Shown: positions 61,501-64,000, counted from the stretch's first letter. The stretch is 64,000 nucleotides of DNA from Podarcis liolepis (GCA_965112155.1 OZ218098.1); one strand, 5' to 3'. A program made the numbers and translations. Notes: generated from the sequence alone by a model not told the origin.

Positions 61501-63993
61501 GCCATACTCTAGAAGTGCGCCATCCAATGTTGGAGGCAAACCATGTGAACTGGTTTTGAAGAAGACATTGGGTAGGTATCCGAGATCAACCAGCCTGCCT
61601 GCTGGTTGTTGATAGTTGGGTCAAGAGGTCACGCCCCGACATGCATCAAGTGTGATGCTCCCTGCAAGGCCGCCTCTCAGTGGGGTGCTATGGCCCATTG
61701 GCCTCCATGTGACCTCTGGACAGCAATATCCCTTCCCAGACCCCTTTAACAGGGTAAGGTAAAGGTAAAGGGACCCCTGACCATTAGGTCCAGTCATGAC
61801 CGACTCTGGGGTTGCGGTGCTCATCTCGCTTTACTGGCCGAGGGAGCCGGCGTACAGCTTCCGGGTCATGGGGCCAGTATGACTAAGCCACTTCTGGCGA
61901 ACGAGAGCAGTACACGGAAATGCCGTTTACCTTCCCGCCAGAGCGGTACCTATTTATCTACTTGCACTTTGACGTGGTTTCAAACTGCTAGGTTGGCAGG
62001 AGCAGGGACCGAGCAACGGGAATCCCCGTCGCGGGGATTCAAACCGCCGACCTTCTGATCGGCAAGTCCTAAGCTCTGTGGTTTAACCCGCAGCGCCACC
62101 CGTGTCCCATTTTAACAGGATAAAGGTAAAGGGACCCCTGACCATTAGGTCCAGTCGTGACCGACTCTGGGGTTGCGGCGCTCATCTCGCTTTATTGGCC
62201 GAGGGAGCAGGCGTTTGTCCGCAGACAGCTTCCGGGTCATGTGGCCAGCATGACTAAGCTGCTTCTGGCGAACCAGAGCAGCACACGGAAATGCCGTTTA
62301 CGTTCCCGCTGGAGCGGTACCAATTTATCTAGTTGCACTTTGTGCTTTCGAACTGCTAGATTGGCAGGAGCTGGGACTGAGCAACGGGAGCTCATCCCGT
62401 CACAGGGATTCGAACTACCAACCTTCTGATCGGCAAGTCCTAGGCTCTGTGGTTTAACCCACAGCGCCACCTGTGTCCCTAACAGGATACCCAGTTGTAA
62501 AAAGCTCCAGACCCGATTCCTTAAACTTAACCTTAACTCATGATCTGATTTGGTATGATGATACTTCTTTGAACACTGTGGGATTTACTCCTAAGTAAAC
62601 ATGAATAGGATTGATGTGTATTGTTTAGTTATCACAAGCAAAGGCCCACATACTGTTTCGCGAATTGTTTTTGAAACTCCGCGAAATTTCAAATGTAGTG
62701 TGTGATATGGCATGGCTGCTGTTCCGAGAGGAATAGTCACAAATTCTGTTACGCAAGCCCTAAAGCAGATTCATGGATTGTGGCCTATGCTGTGACCTGT
62801 GTTTGTGCTCCCCGCCCTGCCCCAACCCCAACGTGAGCTATGTTTCTCTTTCCGAAGTGGATTAAAAACAAAATTCTTAATCCGAAAATATGTGTTTAAA
62901 GTCCCAGAAGTGCCAAAGAAAGTCGTCCCAGAAAAGAGAGTCCCTGCAGCTGTTCCCAAAAAAGTGGAACCTCCTCCAGCAAAAGGTACACTGAGTAACA
63001 AAGAACTAGTGTATGTTTTCTTCGGTTGTACTAACAAGCTGACCTTCCAGAAGAGAAAAGAAACTTCTTGTTTGCCAGTGAATTCAGGGGGATTTAAACT
63101 GTGTGCAGGAAATATTTCAAAATGTATATAGTACAACATGTTTGTCCTGTGTCACTTTTGTCTGTTTGCAACGTATGGAAAATGGCTTCCTGGCAGAATA
63201 TTGTCTGTTGGGTTCTTGAATTGCTGAATTGTTTGTTCTGCGAATTTCTTGCTTTTTGTACACATCTTCCTGTTCTTGGTGCTTCTTGGTGTTGTGTTAG
63301 CACTGAGGATTTTTTTTAAAAAGCAAAACATATTCTCAAAACACTATCGTGCTTTTTTTTTTAAAAGTGGCTGAGGTTCCTAAACCCGTCCCTGAAGAGA
63401 AAGTGCCCGTTCCCAAAAAGGTGCCGTCTCCTCCAGCAAAAGGTATAGCCATATATCAAAACCAGAACGCTTTTGACACTTACTTTAAGTCTAGAAATTA
63501 TCATTATGTCTCAGAGCATTGAAACACATAGCTAACAATGCTGTGAAGTCTTACATGTTTGTGTGTGCGGTGGCTTTAAATTAAGTCTATGTTGTCTTTA
63601 AAGTGCCTGAGGTTCCTAAGCCTGTTCCGGAGGAGAAAGTTCCTGTTGCCAAAAAGGTCCCAGCTCCTCCCAAAAAAGGTATATCCAATCTTTAAAACGG
63701 TGTGCAAATTTTATTTTTATTTTTGTCCATAACTGATAACCATTTGTATTAATTCATTAGCTATTAAAGTAGGGTTGCCGTACGTCATACCTGGTGTTCA
63801 CTTTTGGGAATATGGGAAAGTTGTCTGAATAGATAGCTCTTAAACGTTGCAATGTCATATGTGTTTGTCCGCGCTGGCTCGAGACCAAATTCTTAAAACA
63901 ACTCAATATTCTTTAAAGTGCCTGAAGTTCCCAAACCTGTCCCAGAAGAGAAAGTCCCTGTTCCTAAAAAGGTGGCAGCTCCTCCAGAGAAAG
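476..63993 (+). CDS. TTN: Titin, partial multi-exon gene (I-band tandem Ig, N2A, proximal PEVK); 98 exons in window, gene extends beyond both ends
   Basis: Spliced exons give tandem I-set Ig domains (EPP.F..., W.K, D.G.Y.C...N..G), the N2A motif [34 protein letters not shown] and PEVK PPAK repeats; all junctions GT-AG and frame-consistent. Confidence 0.99.
862..1140 (+). CDS. TTN: Titin exon 2, Ig domain (A2)
   Basis: 279 nt, [11 protein letters not shown]...ATYILK. Confidence 0.95.
2134..2373. mobile_element. Two tandem ~115-bp hAT-like MITEs (2134-2247, 2256-2373)
   Basis: Degenerate TIRs (CAGTAGTGGGGAACCT...AGGTTCTCCACTCCTG), 8-bp flank similarity atttacac/gtttacat; related copies at ~37014-37115, ~40811-40921, ~52322-52442, ~59815-59985. 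Confidence 0.65.
2628..2906 (+). CDS. TTN: Titin exon 3, Ig domain (A3)
   Basis: 279 nt, [11 protein letters not shown]...GELAVK. Confidence 0.95.
3005..3283 (+). CDS. TTN: Titin exon 4, Ig domain (A4)
   Basis: 279 nt, [11 protein letters not shown]...SFTVL. Confidence 0.95.
3414..3701 (+). CDS. TTN: Titin exon 5, Ig domain (A5)
   Basis: 288 nt, [11 protein letters not shown]...TLTIK. Confidence 0.95.
3835..4113 (+). CDS. TTN: Titin exon 6, Ig domain (A6)
   Basis: 279 nt, [11 protein letters not shown]...NLFVQ. Confidence 0.95.
4229..4510 (+). CDS. TTN: Titin exon 7, Ig domain (6-mer repeat B, pos 1)
   Basis: 282 nt, [11 protein letters not shown]...VVVVK. Confidence 0.95.
4623..4901 (+). 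CDS. TTN: Titin exon 8, Ig domain (B2)
   Basis: 279 nt, [11 protein letters not shown]...ELALK. Confidence 0.95.
4987..5265 (+). CDS. TTN: Titin exon 9, Ig domain (B3)
   Basis: 279 nt, [11 protein letters not shown]...LLTVK. Confidence 0.95.
5370..5648 (+). CDS. TTN: Titin exon 10, Ig domain (B4)
   Basis: 279 nt, [11 protein letters not shown]...SINVL. Confidence 0.95.
5795..6082 (+). CDS. TTN: Titin exon 11, Ig domain (B5)
   Basis: 288 nt, [11 protein letters not shown]...HLTVK. Confidence 0.95.
6215..6493 (+). CDS. TTN: Titin exon 12, Ig domain (B6)
   Basis: 279 nt, [11 protein letters not shown]...TLFVK. Confidence 0.95.
6534..6615. repeat. Short palindromic interspersed repeat (caatcctatgcat...gcataggatt)
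   Basis: Inverted ends; diverged relatives at ~1890-1975, ~32655-32730, ~37985-38110, ~62580-62612. Confidence 0.5.
6701..6982 (+). CDS. TTN: Titin exon 13, Ig domain (6-mer repeat C, pos 1)
   Basis: 282 nt, [11 protein letters not shown]...ELRVK. Confidence 0.95.
7080..7358 (+). CDS. TTN: Titin exon 14, Ig domain (C2)
   Basis: 279 nt, [11 protein letters not shown]...KVSLK. Confidence 0.95.
7486..7764 (+). CDS. TTN: Titin exon 15, Ig domain (C3)
   Basis: 279 nt, [11 protein letters not shown]...LLLVQ. Confidence 0.95.
7870..8148 (+). CDS. TTN: Titin exon 16, Ig domain (C4)
   Basis: 279 nt, [11 protein letters not shown]...TLSVL. Confidence 0.95.
8286..8573 (+). CDS. TTN: Titin exon 17, Ig domain (C5)
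   Basis: 288 nt, [11 protein letters not shown]...VLTVK. Confidence 0.95.
8809..9087 (+). CDS. TTN: Titin exon 18, Ig domain (C6)
   Basis: 279 nt, [11 protein letters not shown]...TLSIT. Confidence 0.95.
9298..9579 (+). CDS. TTN: Titin exon 19, Ig domain (10-mer repeat D, pos 1)
   Basis: 282 nt, [11 protein letters not shown]...KLLVK. Confidence 0.95.
9756..10110 (+). mobile_element. Sauria SINE, full length
   Basis: tRNA-like head GGGACGAGGGTGGCGCTGTGG...GGTTCGAATCC, (ACCTTT)n tail, TSD aattttaaacaa (9744-9755/10111-10122). Confidence 0.92.
11123..11401 (+). CDS. TTN: Titin exon 20, Ig domain (D2)
   Basis: 279 nt, [11 protein letters not shown]...MVKLK (absent from + ORF track). Confidence 0.95.
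11506..11787 (+). CDS. TTN: Titin exon 21, Ig domain (D3)
   Basis: 282 nt, [11 protein letters not shown]...TLTVL. Confidence 0.95.
12233..12511 (+). CDS. TTN: Titin exon 22, Ig domain (D4)
   Basis: 279 nt, [11 protein letters not shown]...SVDVL. Confidence 0.95.
12607..12894 (+). CDS. TTN: Titin exon 23, Ig domain (D5)
   Basis: 288 nt, [11 protein letters not shown]...ALIVQ. Confidence 0.95.
13057..13335 (+). CDS. TTN: Titin exon 24, Ig domain (D6)
   Basis: 279 nt, [11 protein letters not shown]...HLSVK. Confidence 0.95.
13424..13702 (+). CDS. TTN: Titin exon 25, Ig domain (D7)
   Basis: 279 nt, [11 protein letters not shown]...LVSTL. Confidence 0.95.
13813..14091 (+). CDS. TTN: Titin exon 26, Ig domain (D8)
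   Basis: 279 nt, [11 protein letters not shown]...VLAVQ. Confidence 0.95.
14218..14505 (+). CDS. TTN: Titin exon 27, Ig domain (D9)
   Basis: 288 nt, [11 protein letters not shown]...RLTVS. Confidence 0.95.
14642..14929 (+). CDS. TTN: Titin exon 28, Ig domain (D10)
   Basis: 288 nt, [11 protein letters not shown]...QLNVK (absent from + ORF track). Confidence 0.95.
16022..16303 (+). CDS. TTN: Titin exon 29, Ig domain (10-mer repeat E, pos 1)
   Basis: 282 nt, [11 protein letters not shown]...TVTVK. Confidence 0.95.
16351..16560 (-). mobile_element. Squamate tRNA-derived SINE (Squam2-like), diverged
   Basis: Reverse strand reads A-box-like GCAGCTCACTGGTAGAGCATCTGC and B-box-like GGTTCAACTCC; relatives at ~58455-58825 (+) and ~42480-42665 (-); family name from recall. 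Confidence 0.6.
16863..16916. repeat. (TAT)n(CAT)n compound microsatellite
   Basis: Directly visible. Confidence 0.95.
16917..17054. mobile_element. Small non-autonomous DNA element inserted in microsatellite
   Basis: Terminal inverted repeats CAGTGCTTTTTTTCT ... AGGAAAAAAGGCACTTG. Confidence 0.6.
17055..17400 (-). mobile_element. L2-type LINE 3' remnant
   Basis: Resembles squamate L2 3' end (aaagtcttcacctgctgg...gggagggagttcca...gccaccgagaaggccct) next to a (TAT)n tail; from recall. Confidence 0.55.
18173..18451 (+). CDS. TTN: Titin exon 30, Ig domain (E2)
   Basis: 279 nt, [11 protein letters not shown]...AVKFK (absent from + ORF track). Confidence 0.95.
18566..18847 (+). CDS. TTN: Titin exon 31, Ig domain (E3)
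   Basis: 282 nt, [11 protein letters not shown]...HLQVL. Confidence 0.95.
18976..19254 (+). CDS. TTN: Titin exon 32, Ig domain (E4)
   Basis: 279 nt, [11 protein letters not shown]...SVDIS. Confidence 0.95.
19353..19640 (+). CDS. TTN: Titin exon 33, Ig domain (E5)
   Basis: 288 nt, [11 protein letters not shown]...FLTVQ. Confidence 0.95.
19781..20059 (+). CDS. TTN: Titin exon 34, Ig domain (E6)
   Basis: 279 nt, [11 protein letters not shown]...HLFVK. Confidence 0.95.
20124..20141. repeat. (AC)9 microsatellite
   Basis: Directly visible. Confidence 0.9.
20205..20483 (+). CDS. TTN: Titin exon 35, Ig domain (E7)
   Basis: 279 nt, [11 protein letters not shown]...LVSII. Confidence 0.95.
20589..20867 (+). 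CDS. TTN: Titin exon 36, Ig domain (E8)
   Basis: 279 nt, [11 protein letters not shown]...TITIK. Confidence 0.95.
21328..21615 (+). CDS. TTN: Titin exon 37, Ig domain (E9)
   Basis: 288 nt, [11 protein letters not shown]...KLLLT. Confidence 0.95.
21779..22066 (+). CDS. TTN: Titin exon 38, Ig domain (E10)
   Basis: 288 nt, [11 protein letters not shown]...QLSFK. Confidence 0.95.
22092..22152. repeat. (TTC)16 microsatellite followed by C-run
   Basis: Directly visible, starts about 25 nt after the exon 38 donor. Confidence 0.95.
23445..23640 (-). mobile_element. CR1-like LINE 3' UTR remnant
   Basis: Reverse-complement similarity to 38850-38935 (ctggatcagatcaaaaggttctctagtccagcatc...cacagtggccaatcagatg); another piece at ~55941-55995. 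Confidence 0.55.
24022..24303 (+). CDS. TTN: Titin exon 39, Ig domain (10-mer repeat F, pos 1)
   Basis: 282 nt, [11 protein letters not shown]...SLKVK. Confidence 0.95.
24565..24843 (+). CDS. TTN: Titin exon 40, Ig domain (F2)
   Basis: 279 nt, [11 protein letters not shown]...SVMLK. Confidence 0.95.
24947..25228 (+). CDS. TTN: Titin exon 41, Ig domain (F3)
   Basis: 282 nt, [11 protein letters not shown]...TLSVL. Confidence 0.95.
25341..25619 (+). CDS. TTN: Titin exon 42, Ig domain (F4)
   Basis: 279 nt, [11 protein letters not shown]...SVQVS. Confidence 0.95.
26097..26384 (+). CDS. TTN: Titin exon 43, Ig domain (F5)
   Basis: 288 nt, [11 protein letters not shown]...YFIVR. Confidence 0.95.
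26550..26828 (+). CDS. TTN: Titin exon 44, Ig domain (F6)
   Basis: 279 nt, [11 protein letters not shown]...QLFVK. Confidence 0.95.
26927..27205 (+). CDS. TTN: Titin exon 45, Ig domain (F7)
   Basis: 279 nt, [11 protein letters not shown]...TVSIL. Confidence 0.95.
27318..27596 (+). CDS. TTN: Titin exon 46, Ig domain (F8)
   Basis: 279 nt, [11 protein letters not shown]...LLTVQ. Confidence 0.95.
28549..28836 (+). CDS. TTN: Titin exon 47, Ig domain (F9)
   Basis: 288 nt, [11 protein letters not shown]...KLILT. Confidence 0.95.
29036..29323 (+). CDS. TTN: Titin exon 48, Ig domain (F10)
   Basis: 288 nt, [11 protein letters not shown]...QLNIK. Confidence 0.95.
29992..30282 (+). CDS. TTN: Titin exon 49, Ig domain (post super-repeat)
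   Basis: 291 nt, [11 protein letters not shown]...SVVIK. Confidence 0.95.
31340..31627 (+). CDS. TTN: Titin exon 50, last tandem Ig domain before N2A
   Basis: 288 nt, [11 protein letters not shown]...KVTIK. Confidence 0.95.
32076..32171 (+). CDS. TTN: Titin exon 51, linker and start of N2A Ig I80
   Basis: 96 nt, [32 protein letters not shown]; donor GTAAGC. Confidence 0.93.
32302..32584 (+). CDS. TTN: Titin exon 52, N2A Ig I80 remainder
   Basis: 283 nt, phase 1-2, [31 protein letters not shown]...DLRAKLK. Confidence 0.95.
33270..33570. mobile_element. Penelope-like retroelement fragment
   Basis: caggtaggtagctgtgttggtctg...agtagcaccttagagaccaactaagtttgtt...ataagctttc...acacttct resembles reptile Penelope-like ends; from recall. 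Confidence 0.55.
33676..33859 (+). CDS. TTN: Titin exon 53, N2A unique insertion (UN2A, MARP/ANKRD1-binding helical region)
   Basis: 184 nt, phase 2-0, [61 protein letters not shown]. Confidence 0.96.
34369..34458 (+). CDS. TTN: Titin exon 54, UN2A C-terminal part
   Basis: 90 nt, phase 0-0, [30 protein letters not shown]. Confidence 0.94.
34570..34837 (+). CDS. TTN: Titin exon 55, N2A Ig I81
   Basis: 268 nt, phase 0-1, [11 protein letters not shown]...[12 protein letters not shown]. Confidence 0.95.
34924..35184 (+). CDS. TTN: Titin exon 56, N2A Ig I82
   Basis: 261 nt, [11 protein letters not shown]...TADLTIE. Confidence 0.95.
35689..35898 (+). CDS. TTN: Titin exon 57, N2A Ig I83 (5' part)
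   Basis: 210 nt, [12 protein letters not shown]...HNVTADDE. Confidence 0.95.
36007..36084 (+). CDS. TTN: Titin exon 58, N2A Ig I83 (3' part)
   Basis: 78 nt, [26 protein letters not shown]. Confidence 0.94.
36202..36228 (+). CDS. TTN: Titin exon 59, 27-nt microexon at N2A-PEVK junction
   Basis: ttctcttgcag|...|gtaaag, EIKLEVKPP. Confidence 0.88.
37148..37193. repeat. (GT)23 microsatellite
   Basis: Directly visible. Confidence 0.95.
37310..37357 (+). CDS. TTN: Titin exon 60, PEVK
   Basis: 48 nt, [16 protein letters not shown]. Confidence 0.88.
37468..37524 (+). CDS. TTN: Titin exon 61, PEVK
   Basis: 57 nt, [19 protein letters not shown]. Confidence 0.85.
37641..37718 (+). CDS. TTN: Titin exon 62, PEVK
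   Basis: 78 nt, [26 protein letters not shown]. Confidence 0.88.
38359..38940 (+). mobile_element. CR1-like LINE 3' fragment interrupted by a SINE
   Basis: gatggctttaaaaga...aaattaatggaggagaag...ggctactagccatg before the SINE and ...ggccactgtgagaacaggat...gatgggccattggcctgat after it. Confidence 0.6.
38432..38741 (+). mobile_element. Squamate tRNA-derived SINE (Squam3-like) with (CTC)n(TTC)n tail
   Basis: GAGAGCCAGTGTGGTGTAGTGGTTAAGAGC (A box), GGGTTCGCGTCTCC (B box), CORE-like GGGTGACCTTGGGCCAGTCAC, simple-repeat tail 38669-38741. Confidence 0.8.
39204..39281 (+). CDS. TTN: Titin exon 63, PEVK
   Basis: 78 nt, [26 protein letters not shown]. Confidence 0.82.
40483..40519. repeat. (TAT)12 microsatellite abutting the exon 64 acceptor
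   Basis: Directly visible. Confidence 0.95.
40526..40765 (+). CDS. TTN: Titin exon 64, PEVK E-rich
   Basis: 240 nt, [11 protein letters not shown]...[25 protein letters not shown]...QIRKE. Confidence 0.9.
41068..41777 (-). mobile_element. 5'-truncated L1-type LINE (ORF2 C-terminus plus 3' UTR) carrying a nested Sauria SINE
   Basis: 16-bp TSD gcagaaaatatttcaa (41052-41067/41778-41793), T-rich tail at left end, minus-strand frameshifted peptide [13 protein letters not shown]...[16 protein letters not shown]. Confidence 0.8.
41109..41462 (-). mobile_element. Sauria SINE, full length
   Basis: Reverse complement of the 9756 element; TSD tttacaagtgta (41097-41108/41463-41474). Confidence 0.92.
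42051..42143 (+). CDS. TTN: Titin exon 65, PEVK
   Basis: 93 nt, [31 protein letters not shown]. Confidence 0.85.
42335..42412 (+). CDS. TTN: Titin exon 66, PEVK
   Basis: 78 nt, [26 protein letters not shown]. Confidence 0.85.
43030..43095 (+). CDS. TTN: Titin exon 67, PEVK
   Basis: 66 nt, [22 protein letters not shown]. Confidence 0.85.
43699..44042. mobile_element. Tc1/mariner (Tigger/pogo-like) MITE
   Basis: 22-bp TIRs CAGTGGTGCC(CT/TC)GCAAGACGAA, TA on both flanks, internal GCAAGACG and CGCTAA subrepeats. Confidence 0.85.
44355..44438 (+). CDS. TTN: Titin exon 68, PEVK
   Basis: 84 nt, [28 protein letters not shown]. Confidence 0.82.
44833..44883 (+). CDS. TTN: Titin exon 69, PEVK E-rich
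   Basis: 51 nt, [17 protein letters not shown]. Confidence 0.82.
45307..45369 (+). CDS. TTN: Titin exon 70, PEVK E-rich
   Basis: 63 nt, [21 protein letters not shown]. Confidence 0.85.
45435..45554. mobile_element. hAT-type MITE, 120 bp, near-perfect hairpin
   Basis: ~30-bp TIRs CAGGGTTTCCCAAA(A)CTT(A/G)GGTCTCCAGCTGT; 8-bp TSD atttaaac/gtttaaac. Confidence 0.85.
45737..45802 (+). CDS. TTN: Titin exon 71, PEVK PPAK
   Basis: 66 nt, [22 protein letters not shown]. Confidence 0.9.
46111..46191 (+). CDS. TTN: Titin exon 72, PEVK PPAK
   Basis: 81 nt, [27 protein letters not shown]. Confidence 0.92.
46395..46772 (+). mobile_element. Solo LTR, 378 bp
   Basis: Termini TGTCATG...CATGACA, 4-bp flanks ggtc/gatc, GC-richer than host intron, internal CCAAT and TATA boxes. 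Confidence 0.7.
46519..46596 (+). promoter_or_regulatory. CCAAT box plus TATA box within the solo LTR
   Basis: ATTGGCCAATCAG (46519-46531), second ATTGG at 46555, TATAAAAG 46589-46596; activity untested. Confidence 0.5.
46799..47136 (+). mobile_element. Sauria SINE, near full length
   Basis: Same head, body and tail as the 9756 copy; TSD ttaacagattt/ttaacagcttt. Confidence 0.9.
47275..47358 (+). CDS. TTN: Titin exon 73, PEVK PPAK
   Basis: 84 nt, [28 protein letters not shown]. Confidence 0.92.
47657..47737 (+). CDS. TTN: Titin exon 74, PEVK PPAK
   Basis: 81 nt, [27 protein letters not shown]. Confidence 0.92.
48080..48151 (+). CDS. TTN: Titin exon 75, PEVK PPAK
   Basis: 72 nt, [24 protein letters not shown]. 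Confidence 0.92.
48369..48440 (+). CDS. TTN: Titin exon 76, PEVK PPAK
   Basis: 72 nt, [24 protein letters not shown]. Confidence 0.9.
48496..48933 (+). mobile_element. 5'-truncated non-LTR retrotransposon 3' end (L1-like)
   Basis: 12-bp TSD aaaagaccattg (48484-48495/48934-48945), AATAAA at 48898-48903, A-rich tail. Confidence 0.7.
49085..49168 (+). CDS. TTN: Titin exon 77, PEVK PPAK
   Basis: 84 nt, [28 protein letters not shown]. Confidence 0.92.
49298..49915. mobile_element. hAT-like non-autonomous element with nested SINE
   Basis: TIRs CAGGAATGGGGAACCT / AGCTTCCCCATCCCTG; degenerate TSD tcataggg/tcaatagg. Confidence 0.65.
49440..49705 (+). mobile_element. Sauria SINE, 3'-truncated
   Basis: GGACGCGGGTGGCACTGTGG...ATGCTGGCCACATGA then homology ends. 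Confidence 0.88.
50119..50223 (+). CDS. TTN: Titin exon 78, PEVK
   Basis: 105 nt, [35 protein letters not shown]. Confidence 0.9.
51274..51432 (+). CDS. TTN: Titin exon 79, PEVK poly-E
   Basis: 159 nt, [53 protein letters not shown]. Confidence 0.9.
51893..51940. repeat. (GTAT)12 microsatellite
   Basis: Directly visible. Confidence 0.95.
52598..52651 (+). CDS. TTN: Titin exon 80, PEVK
   Basis: 54 nt, [18 protein letters not shown]; tandem NAGNAG acceptor (cag/aag) allows a 3-nt shorter form. Confidence 0.85.
53086..53169 (+). CDS. TTN: Titin exon 81, PEVK PPAK
   Basis: 84 nt, [28 protein letters not shown]. Confidence 0.92.
53553..53618 (+). CDS. TTN: Titin exon 82, PEVK
   Basis: 66 nt, [22 protein letters not shown]. 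Confidence 0.88.
53948..54028 (+). CDS. TTN: Titin exon 83, PEVK
   Basis: 81 nt, [27 protein letters not shown]. Confidence 0.9.
54468..54551 (+). CDS. TTN: Titin exon 84, PEVK PPAK
   Basis: 84 nt, [28 protein letters not shown]. Confidence 0.92.
55379..55462 (+). CDS. TTN: Titin exon 85, PEVK
   Basis: 84 nt, [28 protein letters not shown]. Confidence 0.9.
55783..55857 (+). CDS. TTN: Titin exon 86, PEVK E-rich
   Basis: 75 nt, [25 protein letters not shown]; paralogous to exon 68; donor CAG|GTATGA. Confidence 0.78.
56004..56093. repeat. 90-bp fold-back element
   Basis: CATAGTTGTCAACTTTTCCC ... GGGAAACGTTGACAGCTATG inverted ends. Confidence 0.7.
57194..57277 (+). CDS. TTN: Titin exon 87, PEVK PPAK (divergent)
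   Basis: 84 nt, [28 protein letters not shown]. Confidence 0.85.
57464..57787 (+). CDS. TTN: Titin exon 88, PEVK poly-E with internal EEEVTQY repeats
   Basis: 324 nt, [26 protein letters not shown]...(EEEVTQY)n...[10 protein letters not shown]. Confidence 0.92.
58455..58825 (+). mobile_element. Diverged Squam2-like SINE split by a MITE
   Basis: Head ...GTGGTAAAACATCTGCTTTGAATGTAGAAGG... and tail GACAACGAGGAGCTAGATGGACCCAGTGGTCTG match the 16351-16560 copy in reverse. Confidence 0.55.
58560..58763. mobile_element. Degenerate Tc1/mariner-type MITE
   Basis: Preceded by TA; diverged TIRs CAGCCACACCTTGG / CCAAGGTTTGACTA; internal CCGGAAGT/ACTTCCGG inverted motif. Confidence 0.55.
59039..59125 (+). 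CDS. TTN: Titin exon 89, PEVK PPAK
   Basis: 87 nt, [29 protein letters not shown]. Confidence 0.92.
59305..59382 (+). CDS. TTN: Titin exon 90, PEVK PPAK
   Basis: 78 nt, [26 protein letters not shown]. Confidence 0.92.
59703..59780 (+). CDS. TTN: Titin exon 91, PEVK PPAK
   Basis: 78 nt, [26 protein letters not shown]. Confidence 0.92.
60259..60342 (+). CDS. TTN: Titin exon 92, PEVK PPAK
   Basis: 84 nt, [28 protein letters not shown]. Confidence 0.92.
60604..60687 (+). CDS. TTN: Titin exon 93, PEVK PPAK
   Basis: 84 nt, [28 protein letters not shown]. Confidence 0.92.
60864..60944 (+). CDS. TTN: Titin exon 94, PEVK
   Basis: 81 nt, [27 protein letters not shown]. Confidence 0.9.
61754..62108 (-). 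mobile_element. Sauria SINE, full length
   Basis: Reverse complement of the family; TSD tttaacagg (61745-61753/62111-62119). Confidence 0.92.
62123..62479 (-). mobile_element. Sauria SINE, full length (different subfamily)
   Basis: TSD taacaggata (62113-62122/62480-62489); carries the tttgtccgcagacagc variant absent from the adjacent copy. Confidence 0.92.
62902..62985 (+). CDS. TTN: Titin exon 95, PEVK PPAK
   Basis: 84 nt, [28 protein letters not shown]. Confidence 0.92.
63368..63442 (+). CDS. TTN: Titin exon 96, PEVK PPAK
   Basis: 75 nt, [25 protein letters not shown]. Confidence 0.92.
63604..63678 (+). CDS. TTN: Titin exon 97, PEVK PPAK
   Basis: 75 nt, [25 protein letters not shown]. 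Confidence 0.92.
63919..63993 (+). CDS. TTN: Titin exon 98, PEVK PPAK
   Basis: 75 nt, [25 protein letters not shown]. Confidence 0.92.
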
Positions 63994-64000
63994 GTATATC

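Noticed and set aside
57-63319. Treating the ORF-track entries as separate small genes
   Set aside because: They are titin exons with intronic read-through or chance ORFs; coding similarity stops exactly at AG/GT boundaries.
45737-63993. Regularly spaced short repeats with unique spacers, superficially CRISPR-like
   Set aside because: The repeats are spliceosomal PEVK exons encoding PPAK motifs and the spacers are long variable introns; there are no cas genes and the DNA is vertebrate.

Overview
This is vertebrate genomic DNA, most likely from a lacertid-type lizard, inferred from the Sauria/Squam-type SINEs. The whole window lies inside the titin gene (TTN) on the + strand, with no start or stop codon in view. 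I delimited 98 GT-AG exons by hand. Exons 1-50 (476-31627) are one-domain-per-exon I-set Ig exons of the differentially spliced I-band: three 6-domain super-repeats, three 10-domain super-repeats and two more domains. Exons 51-58 (32076-36084) are the N2A element (I80, the unique UN2A insertion, I81-I83). Exons 59-98 (36202-63993) are 40 short PEVK exons of PPAK type or E-rich type. The introns carry six Sauria SINEs, other squamate tRNA-SINEs, L1/L2/CR1/Penelope-like remnants, hAT and Tc1/mariner MITEs, a solo LTR with intact CCAAT/TATA boxes, and microsatellites. The most striking unexplained structure is a region-specific splice-site pattern. 38 of 50 Ig exons use the rare GTYNG donor, whereas 39 of 40 PEVK exons use GTA donors, and from 43030 onward 29 of 32 exons use rare AAG acceptors. 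There is no prokaryotic or CRISPR-type system. Exon numbers are local to this window, and repeat family names come from recall rather than a database search.
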